From positions 32,001 through 96,000 of the IMG/VR virus record IMGVR_UViG_3300005537_000002: a DNA stretch of 64,000 nucleotides, one strand, 5' to 3'. Numbering within the stretch: position 1 is the stretch's first letter; each line of letters begins with the position of its first letter. The DNA comes from a virus. Positions 57,295-64,000 of this stretch are shown here, piece after piece. The position numbers were made by a program, and so were the translations under genes. The notes below the pieces were generated by a model that was not told the DNA's origin, did not search any database, and was given only the letters and a program-made list of their open reading frames with translations.

Positions 57295-57777
57295 TTGAGC
57301 TATGACAACAATGTAGCGGAATACCCTCGCCCTAAGAGCAGGAGGGCGCAACGGGTTATGGAGGAGCGTATCGCAGCATTAGACTGCGATATCGTAAGTC
57401 GGACAGAGGATACGATAAGCGTCTCCTATCCCGACGACCTCACTAAATTTCAACTGGATCAAGTACTAATGCACGCGTATGAGTACCAACTGTTCACGTT
57501 GTGGGATGCCTTAGATGTAGGCATCGGAGCATCAACGTGTGGAGCGACGTCGAAAGGTTTGACCCTCATAGGTGTCACTCGAGTAAGGGGGAGAGCGTAC
57601 TGTTTACGTATCTCCTACAGCGTCTTAAGGTCAACTGAACAGGGAGTAGTCTGCATTTGGAAAGCAAATGAGAGCAACCAACTGGAACTAGCTATGAGAG
57701 CGATGTTCGGCCTAGAACTTTCTGATGCAGTCTGGTTTCCCTACTGGGAAGAGAGTTCCAACGGAGGAGGACAATGA
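57295..57777 (+). CDS. hypothetical protein
   Basis: TTG start after GGAGG. Confidence 0.55.
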   Translation: MSYDNNVAEYPRPKSRRAQRVMEERIAALDCDIVSRTEDTISVSYPDDLTKFQLDQVLMHAYEYQLFTLWDALDVGIGASTCGATSKGLTLIGVTRVRGRAYCLRISYSVLRSTEQGVVCIWKANESNQLELAMRAMFGLELSDAVWFPYWEESSNGGGQ

Positions 57778-58040
57778 GAAAAGGTCAGGCTAAAATGCGC
57801 GAGCTGCAGGAGCACGTACATGCAAGTACAGACAACTTATGTCACTTTTGTAATACAAGGCCTGCTATAGGTGACTATACATACAAGCCGGGTAAAACGT
57901 CTATTATCGGTCGTCTGTGTACAGACTGCGTGCTAGAGTTGAATGGCAAACCGACAACTGCGACTGCTAAAGAGGGGCCTTGTATGATATTGTTTGTTAA
58001 CAAACTATTCCAGGAGGGTAGCAGTAATGTCACAGACTGA
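57774..58040 (+). CDS. small zinc-finger protein
   Basis: CHFC...CTDC; ATGA coupling. Confidence 0.55.
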   Translation: MRKGQAKMRELQEHVHASTDNLCHFCNTRPAIGDYTYKPGKTSIIGRLCTDCVLELNGKPTTATAKEGPCMILFVNKLFQEGSSNVTD

Positions 58041-58443
58041 TGACAAGTTTAGCGCGTCGCTTACAGTAGACTTTAGTCAGTCTCCTAACGCAACGCTGGA
58101 GGTGTTTACACAGGGACCTTTGTGGACTCGACTGAACAACTACGATCCGGAGGTGTACTTCGAATGGTACGGTCGCGAGGTCCGAATGGAGCCCACGAGA
58201 GAGTACCCGGACTGTGTCAGGTTCGACTTCGAACTCATATCACTAGGAGGCTCGAGAGCTGAAGTGATGTGTCTTCGTATTATCGAACCCAAACGAAGTA
58301 TGGGAAATGAGTCGACGAAGTTCCATCAACAGTTCGCAAAGGTTATGATAGCTCTCGATGGCGAAGTTGTCTATGTACAACTAACCGGATCGGAGTACGA
58401 CATAGATGTGGAGGTTATCGGTGCAACGCGGGGAGAGTATTGA
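58027..58443 (+). CDS. hypothetical protein
   Basis: ATG after GGAGGG. Confidence 0.55.
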   Translation: MSQTDDKFSASLTVDFSQSPNATLEVFTQGPLWTRLNNYDPEVYFEWYGREVRMEPTREYPDCVRFDFELISLGGSRAEVMCLRIIEPKRSMGNESTKFHQQFAKVMIALDGEVVYVQLTGSEYDIDVEVIGATRGEY

Positions 58444-58633
58444 ACTCACAACAGATGAGTTCGCGGAGATTTTACAGTTGCTGTTCACGAGTACAGACCC
58501 GAATATACAACGACTGCTCTCCGTACACCAAGTCGGTATATCCAGCGAGAGCTGTTCAGGTAACTCGACTCTATGGGTACATACCGGTCTAGGTTCGTTT
58601 ACACTAACTATTACGAAGGACGGGCGACAATAG
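58406..58633 (+). CDS. hypothetical protein
   Basis: 75-aa ORF within the operon. Confidence 0.4.
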   Translation: MWRLSVQRGESIELTTDEFAEILQLLFTSTDPNIQRLLSVHQVGISSESCSGNSTLWVHTGLGSFTLTITKDGRQ

Positions 58634-58860
58634 TGTCTATCCGTATTGCGCTAGAGTACTTAGCGGTCATACTGACGACTTCAGGATTATATAGCACAGT
58701 TGTATGCCTCATCTGCCTATACTTCGGGAGCGGATGCCTTTCGAGTTGGATACCTTCCCCCAAGACTCGGGAGGATGCGTTTTGGACAATGTTGTTAGGA
58801 GCAGCATCCGTCGCTGTTGGAGTCTCGTTGCTACGCTTAGTCGCTATAGGCAACTTGTAA
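58573..58860 (+). CDS. small membrane protein
   Basis: Two hydrophobic helices; start uncertain. Confidence 0.4.
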   Translation: MGTYRSRFVYTNYYEGRATIVSIRIALEYLAVILTTSGLYSTVVCLICLYFGSGCLSSWIPSPKTREDAFWTMLLGAASVAVGVSLLRLVAIGNL

Positions 58861-58935
58861 ACAATCGGTCGTTTATATTATAATTAAATTATAAAAACAA
58901 CGTCGTAACGACCGAAGTGAACAGGAGAAGCTTTT

Positions 58936-59301
58936 TTGACACAACTAACTGACAAAGACAAACAACTAGAAAGGGTGGCGATATGCATCTCATATACGTT
59001 ATCCGAGCTACTCAAACCAATGGACGTACATATTGCCGACGGAAGCGTGTATACGGATGTAGGACAGTCACTGTCACTCAATAATGACGAGTGGTCAGTG
59101 ACTGTAGAAGGTTGGCGGATGCAGGGGGATCCGAAGTCAGATCTATACCCGTGTGAGACTCAGACAGTGTACCGAGGGAATAGTCCCCTCGATGCGGTAC
59201 GTAGTATGATAGCTTGGATACTCAACGCCAGTGATTTCAACGAGCTATCGGATACGCAGCAGCAAGTCATCGTTCGAGCATTAGCACACTGGTTTGCGTA
59301 G
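58936..59301 (+). CDS. hypothetical protein
   Basis: 121-aa ORF, TTG after GGAG. Confidence 0.5.
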   Translation: MTQLTDKDKQLERVAICISYTLSELLKPMDVHIADGSVYTDVGQSLSLNNDEWSVTVEGWRMQGDPKSDLYPCETQTVYRGNSPLDAVRSMIAWILNASDFNELSDTQQQVIVRALAHWFA

Positions 59302-59419
59302 CAGGGACACCAACCCAAAGTTGTCGAGGGTGGTCGAAAGGCCACCCTTTATTTTTTGTCTTATAATACGTTATAATATTAATAAAGGCGTCGTATACTA
59401 CACAGAAGGAGGGCAACTA

Positions 59420-60022
59420 TTGAAAAAACACCCGGCAGTTGTATTCGTACTAGAGTGGTTCCTGACTTGTGCGGGCTTGAGCTTGAGTCTACTACTCTAC
59501 AACTGGTTAGACTGGGTCATTAACCACATTGTAGACCGCGACATCAGAGGTAAGTACCCGCTAGAGCACTGGTTGCTAGTCGGTATGATTATCGCTGGAG
59601 GCTTCATCATCACGTACCTGATCTTCAAAGTAAAGTCATTCCGGATGCAAAAGAGACCAACACCCGGTGTGCCGAAGTTTGGTTACGGTGGACCTAACCT
59701 ACCAACCGTTAAGGACAGTAGAGTACCCAACCAGCAGACGATCCCACGCCCGAGAGATGACCGCCCTAGTCAGCAGCAACCATCTAAAAAGGATCGTCAG
59801 CAGGGAGCAGCATATGCTAGCAACCCAATGAACTCTCCCGTCATTAACGGACCTCGGGGGGACCAGAAAATGTTACCCCCGGGTAACAAGCAGCAAGCAC
59901 GTCGGCTAGACGAACTGTTCGACGACGAATACGAAGACCCACGTACGTTACAAGCACAGCGGGCTCGTGGATACCAACAACAGCAACAGCAACCCCGTTG
60001 GGTAGACGGAGATGACCAATGA
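59420..60022 (+). CDS. two-TM membrane protein with a Pro/Gln-rich disordered tail
   Basis: TTG after AAGGAGGG; two TMs then PTPGVP..QQQP..QQQQQQP. Confidence 0.6.
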   Translation: MKKHPAVVFVLEWFLTCAGLSLSLLLYNWLDWVINHIVDRDIRGKYPLEHWLLVGMIIAGGFIITYLIFKVKSFRMQKRPTPGVPKFGYGGPNLPTVKDSRVPNQQTIPRPRDDRPSQQQPSKKDRQQGAAYASNPMNSPVINGPRGDQKMLPPGNKQQARRLDELFDDEYEDPRTLQAQRARGYQQQQQQPRWVDGDDQ

Positions 60023-60303
60023 GTCCACTCGAACAAGCAGCTCAATCAGTGCAAAGGTTGCACAGCGTACTTACTCTCTTACCTACTGAGGACTTGCTTA
60101 GACCTGCACTGGAGTCTCGTTTAGCACAGCTGGACTTGCTGTTCACCATAGCTCGAGACGGGAAGGACCCAATAGCGTTTCGTGCTGTGCAGTTACTAGC
60201 AGACCTCACTATGCTAGCACTCTCTAAGAAGCAACCTCTAGATCTACTGTCACAAAGCTACCACGCTATGGACGAACTGCTGTCATCGATAACACAGTGG
60301 TAG
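60019..60303 (+). CDS. hypothetical helical protein
   Basis: ATGA-coupled 94-aa ORF. Confidence 0.55.
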   Translation: MSPLEQAAQSVQRLHSVLTLLPTEDLLRPALESRLAQLDLLFTIARDGKDPIAFRAVQLLADLTMLALSKKQPLDLLSQSYHAMDELLSSITQW

Positions 60304-60316
60304 TGTAACCTCTCTC

Positions 60317-60354
60317 AAAAACGCTTGTGTGAATGCATTCACACAAGCGTTTTT
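60317..60354. terminator. 38-bp perfect palindrome with A/T flanks
   Basis: AAAAACGCTTGTGTGAATG|CATTCACACAAGCGTTTTT. Confidence 0.65.
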
Positions 60355-60674
60355 TATACGCTAAAAATATACCCCTTAAATTATATATTATTTAACGCTA
60401 TAGTTAGTTTTTACCCGGACTAAAATAAATAATATAGAAATATATTGCCCACAAAAAATTTCAATATAAAACGCGATGAAACACATGTATTAGTACTATA
60501 CAAGTATACGGTAGGCCCGTATACATCCTGCAGCCCTGCTGCTGCTGGCCGAAAAATATACGGTATACGGGTACAGGGTATGTTTTGCACGCACTTTAGA
60601 AATCATGAGTGTTTTCTGGATTTGCTTTCGAAATCCCTAGCACTTATACATGTTTGGTACGTATTTCTAAGGTA

Positions 60675-60765
60675 GAGATCGATAGCACCTATAATTTTTT
60701 AGTACCGCCGCGGTTATAATATATATAGGGGGGAGCTTAAAAAAAAATCCGAGTTCTCTCAGCTC
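60675..60765 (+). repeat. second copy of a ~90-100 bp non-coding element also found at 13548-13648
   Basis: Shared blocks GAGATCGATAGC, TTTTTTAGTACC, CCGCG, GGGGGGAGCTTAAAAAA, ATCCGAGTTCTC. Confidence 0.85.
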
Positions 60766-60838
60766 TCGAGGATAATTAGTCGTTAGAGTACTCTTACTCG
60801 CTAATAGGGTATACAAGTATACGGCGTAACGTTACCTC

Positions 60839-60868
60839 TTGTTTTCAACCGGTGGAATTTATTATAAT
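60839..60868 (+). promoter_or_regulatory. sigma70-type promoter
   Basis: TTGTTT-N18-TATAAT. Confidence 0.7.
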
Positions 60869-60911
60869 ATAAATAGAGTTCACAATTAATAAACAAGGGA
60901 GGGTACAAGGC

Positions 60912-61289
60912 ATGATACGACCGTGGAGAAGCGAGCTACTGTGTTTCAAGCGGTTGCACACCGACGAGTTAGAGTATGCCGTCAAGATCGCAGGAGTGAA
61001 CTGTATAGAAGACCTAACTACCGGTAGTTGGGAGCTCGTTGCCCAACGTCAGTTTCGGGACGCCGTAGGTAGGTCGTACTGGTTAGAAGGCCCTAAGATT
61101 ACTGGTCTCATTATCGATTGGGAGACTTTAAGACTTATACGTACACTTTGGACTCGTATGGAACGGGAAGCACTAGCAGCTGTGCTCCAAGACACCAACG
61201 CACTAGATGTCGGTAACCTCGAACCCGAAGACAACTTACTAGATCTTAACGCAGCTTTGTTTAGCGAAGAACGTCTGTTCCACTTTTAG
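60912..61289 (+). CDS. hypothetical protein, tandem paralog 1
   Basis: ELLCF...YAVK...WTR..REALA.VLQDTNAL shared with the next gene. Confidence 0.65.
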   Translation: MIRPWRSELLCFKRLHTDELEYAVKIAGVNCIEDLTTGSWELVAQRQFRDAVGRSYWLEGPKITGLIIDWETLRLIRTLWTRMEREALAAVLQDTNALDVGNLEPEDNLLDLNAALFSEERLFHF

Positions 61290-61297
61290 GAGGTAAC

Positions 61298-61678
61298 ATG
61301 CTAACGCCACAACATACAGAACTGTTATGTTTTGCATCACTCACACGAATGCAAGTCTACGCAGTTAAACTGACTGGCGTAGACTTCGTCACACTACTAG
61401 TCAGTACTGATAACTGGCGACTAATTAGAGAGCCCGAGTTCGCAGCGAATGTAAGGATGCACTTTCTGCGACAACGTCGTATTACGGACTTAGTCATAAG
61501 TGAAGAGGTGCTCTACTACCTTAAGCACGCTTGGACTCGAGAACTGAGAGAAGCTCTTGCGGTTGTATTGCAAGACACTAACGCTTTAGGTTTGGGGGAC
61601 TTAACTGAGCCTCAAAACTTGCAGGCACTTAACGAACTGCTGTTCGATGCGACAGAAGGACCGATGTTTCAGTTCTAA
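61298..61678 (+). CDS. hypothetical protein, tandem paralog 2
   Basis: Same motif set as 60912-61289; GGAGG RBS. Confidence 0.65.
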   Translation: MLTPQHTELLCFASLTRMQVYAVKLTGVDFVTLLVSTDNWRLIREPEFAANVRMHFLRQRRITDLVISEEVLYYLKHAWTRELREALAVVLQDTNALGLGDLTEPQNLQALNELLFDATEGPMFQF

Positions 61679-61688
61679 AGGAGGAACT

Positions 61689-62093
61689 ATGCACACACAC
61701 CTGTGCTTTAGGGAGTTGGATGCTAGTTGCGACTACAATGGACAGTTGGAGTGGCTGGATGACTTTTGCATCCTTGGGTTCTCCTTACAAGAACATGACA
61801 ATCCCGAACTGTTGTTGATGCTGTCCAGTCGGATATGGGTGTTAGTTAAGGATGAAGTGTTGTGGAGGGCTCTAGATGAAGATGACCGACATCCAGATAG
61901 GGGGAAACTAACTGTACACGCTAGCACTAACGCACTACGTATCATTGGCGGTAGCGGTACTTGGTACCACGAATACCGGCTACTGCTAGCCCACAAGTTG
62001 TGGACTCAGGAAGTAGATAAGAGTCCGAGTAACGTAGCTGCGTTTTGGGAGTCGATGCGCAAGACTTTGTTTGTAGATGACCCGAGAGGATAG
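61689..62093 (+). CDS. hypothetical protein
   Basis: ATG after GGAGG. Confidence 0.55.
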   Translation: MHTHLCFRELDASCDYNGQLEWLDDFCILGFSLQEHDNPELLLMLSSRIWVLVKDEVLWRALDEDDRHPDRGKLTVHASTNALRIIGGSGTWYHEYRLLLAHKLWTQEVDKSPSNVAAFWESMRKTLFVDDPRG

Positions 62094-62322
62094 TGCTATG
62101 TCGATGGAAGATTACGCGGCGTATAAAGGACGTTTGCAGTTTTTATATAACGTGCTACTAGCTCAGACCGTAGACCCCAGGAATCTGTTCTACGGTTGCC
62201 TTATCGGTGTACTCGTAGAACAAAATCGAACTGTTGGTTGGATACTATACAACCCAACTAACGACAAAGAGGTGATGAGAGCTCAGTTACCTCACCCAGG
62301 AAGGGGACAGCATGAACGATAG
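62077..62322 (+). CDS. hypothetical protein
   Basis: 81-aa ORF. Confidence 0.45.
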   Translation: MTREDSAMSMEDYAAYKGRLQFLYNVLLAQTVDPRNLFYGCLIGVLVEQNRTVGWILYNPTNDKEVMRAQLPHPGRGQHER

Positions 62323-62372
62323 GGTCACCGCAAGTATAATAGCGGAGCTAAACGCTCCAAAGCAGCTCTCTC

Positions 62373-62401
62373 TTGATTTAGTTATGTAAACACATTATAA
62401 T
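62373..62401 (+). promoter_or_regulatory. sigma70-type promoter
   Basis: TTGATT-N17-TATAAT. Confidence 0.7.
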
Positions 62402-62463
62402 ATAAATATAGGAGGTGAACAGTTCACACCTACAGCAGTTCCATTACGGAAAGGATTTGAGAT

Positions 62464-62739
62464 ATGACTCGAGAGGAAGCTGCAAGAGCGGCTAAACACT
62501 ACGCAATCGATGTGTTCGAAAAGGTGTTGGAGGAGACAACACTTCCTGAGTGGGAAGTACTGGCTGCCAAATACGGAGTACCTGCCGGTGAGGGTGCTCG
62601 ATTTGCCTCTGGCGTGCGTCAGTTGCAGACGCAGATTGCCAATCAACTCGAACAGGCAAAAAAGATGACCGGAATCAAACGCGGTCAGAAAGCTCCGGCT
62701 GCTCAGGCTGAGCCCGAGGCAGTGACTGCTGACAGTTAA
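62464..62739 (+). CDS. small helical protein with an Ala/Glu-rich tail, own promoter and terminator
   Basis: 91-aa ORF flanked by a promoter and a palindrome. Confidence 0.6.
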   Translation: MTREEAARAAKHYAIDVFEKVLEETTLPEWEVLAAKYGVPAGEGARFASGVRQLQTQIANQLEQAKKMTGIKRGQKAPAAQAEPEAVTADS

Positions 62740-62756
62740 GCTTTCCTGCCTACATG

Positions 62757-62790
62757 TATATGGCGTTGAGTTCGAACTCAACGCCATATA
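62757..62790. terminator. 34-bp perfect palindrome
   Basis: TATATGGCGTTGAGTTC|GAACTCAACGCCATATA. Confidence 0.65.
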
Positions 62791-62820
62791 GTTTTGGTGG
62801 TTGTCGCAATAATTACCCTC

Positions 62821-62850
62821 TTGATTTACATATGAGGGTTCACTTATAAT
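62821..62850 (+). promoter_or_regulatory. sigma70-type promoter
   Basis: TTGATT-N18-TATAAT. Confidence 0.7.
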
Positions 62851-62857
62851 ATAAACA

Positions 62858-63151
62858 GTGTATAAAATACTAAGGAGGTTCCCCAAGATGGACCTTGACA
62901 TAGTGGTACAGATAACCCGTCCAAGTGGGTTTACACCCGCAGACGTACTTATAGAGTTGTTGTTGGAAGCCCTCAACAAGCAACACGTCTTTTCAGACGT
63001 AGGCCCTATGATCCACTCAGAGTCGAGTGCGCAGATTATAGTATCCCTAGGTGGGGAGGACTTTCGGGTCGAGGTCTCTCGAGTGGAACGAGACACACCT
63101 GTGCTAAACTCTGACAGGGAACCTCTAGAGCTGTTGGTAGATGAGGTGTAA
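62858..63151 (+). CDS. hypothetical protein
   Basis: 97-aa ORF; the true start is probably the ATG after AAGGAGG at about 62888. Confidence 0.5.
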   Translation: MYKILRRFPKMDLDIVVQITRPSGFTPADVLIELLLEALNKQHVFSDVGPMIHSESSAQIIVSLGGEDFRVEVSRVERDTPVLNSDREPLELLVDEV

Positions 63152-63368
63152 CTGTATGCACCCTCACATACCAACATACATAGCAGTTGTAGCTTTTAAT
63201 GTCGCTCTGCAACTGTTCGTACTACGTCTAGCACTATGGAGTCACACTGACTCGGACCCGGTAAAGGGTTCGCAGTTGGCTGAACTCGTATTAACTGTTC
63301 AAGCGACGATGTTACCGGTGTGGGCGATCTATCTACTCTCACTGTACACGCACCATATCCCACTTTGA
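63141..63368 (+). CDS. small membrane protein
   Basis: Two hydrophobic segments. Confidence 0.4.
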   Translation: MRCNCMHPHIPTYIAVVAFNVALQLFVLRLALWSHTDSDPVKGSQLAELVLTVQATMLPVWAIYLLSLYTHHIPL

Positions 63369-63474
63369 TTGAGAGATGGTGCATGTTAAGTAATATGTAG
63401 TGCGAAAGGAGTATATCGATTTGGACGGCTAGCGAGTGCTAGCCGTATTTCTCGAGTAACTGCTAACATTTGCG

Positions 63475-63765
63475 ATGAGCCGCAGGGAAGGAACCGAAAC
63501 AGTGTCGTCATTCAACTACAGCCGAGATCCGAAAGCACGCCGGATCAGGGATTGGATGTGGGAGGAGCTGTTTCAGAATTGGAGAGACTATATGGACGGA
63601 GTCGAGCTAGACCTAACAAAGCTAGCTGAAGAGGCTTTTAAGGCGTTACAGCATGAGTTACAGGTCCCTCACGACGATCCTGAGGGGTTGCCAGACTTGT
63701 ACTTAGAGGTATCTATGGATACCGTCGAGAAATTTTTTCGGGATCCGGACTGTCCAATGCAGTAG
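63475..63765 (+). CDS. hypothetical acidic protein
   Basis: 96-aa ORF. Confidence 0.5.
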   Translation: MSRREGTETVSSFNYSRDPKARRIRDWMWEELFQNWRDYMDGVELDLTKLAEEAFKALQHELQVPHDDPEGLPDLYLEVSMDTVEKFFRDPDCPMQ

Positions 63766-63789
63766 TAGTTAAAAGGAGTTGACCCCCTT

Positions 63790-64000
63790 ATGCACGTAGA
63801 CACTGAGATGCAACAGTTATTAACTCCACTCCAATGGCTGGAGTGGAAGTATAGGACTGCTGTCACTATCCAAAGCGAGTACTTTCCTTGGGACTACCGT
63901 ATCACTAAGGCGGTAGGTTCAGTGACAGTCTTCCAAAGGAGGACTCATGCCTCACTAACTCGTCTGTTCCCCCACGAGATTGATGAGTCAGGTGCAGCAG
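63790..64000 (+). CDS. hypothetical protein, 3'-partial
   Basis: ATG after AAGGAG; frame open to the window edge. Confidence 0.4.
   Translation, partial: MHVDTEMQQLLTPLQWLEWKYRTAVTIQSEYFPWDYRITKAVGSVTVFQRRTHASLTRLFPHEIDESGAA

Noticed and set aside
62395-63177. 260-aa minus-strand ORF
   Set aside because: It overlaps two plus-strand genes that have promoters, RBSs and a terminator, and it has no recognisable domain
1-64000. tRNA or rRNA genes, integrase, anti-phage Qat/Dpd island
   Set aside because: No cloverleaf with T-loop/D-loop consensus was seen and there is no recombinase. The que cluster lacks dpdB-K and qatA/C/D partners and fits phage DNA modification instead

Overview
This window is a segment of a large tailed dsDNA phage genome. 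No capsid, terminase or integrase gene lies inside it and the host cannot be determined. From left to right it contains: the end of a tail module (a 5'-truncated Thr/Ser/Asp repeat protein and a BppU-like protein); membrane genes; a sigma-like regulator; a GH25-like/LysM endolysin and holin; a RepB-primase/SF3 helicase; a palindrome-rich divergent intergenic region; SNF2 and DinG helicases; a full DNA polymerase I; two tandem RecB/Cas4-like nucleases, an AAA ATPase and an SSB; a complete 7-deazaguanine DNA-modification cluster (queD, queE, folE, Nmad1-like, dpdA-like, gat-queC); three divergent paralogous methyltransferase-fold genes; a GH18 plus two-GT2 polysaccharide cassette; HNH genes; a second family-A polymerase fused to uracil-DNA glycosylase; two extein-less intein/Hint genes; and many small hypothetical genes behind sigma70-type promoters. 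The standout feature is at 55130-56936. A small RAMP/Cas7-like gene is followed immediately by a 1.19 kb non-coding array of about 227 GGY-NN-type pentamers. Fourteen 4-nt register breaks (mostly GGAN before GCY) split it into 15 units, and a 15-bp hairpin closes it. This matches the architecture of an RNA-guided system with a non-contiguous guide code (VIPR-like). All family assignments come from motif recognition by eye, not database searches.
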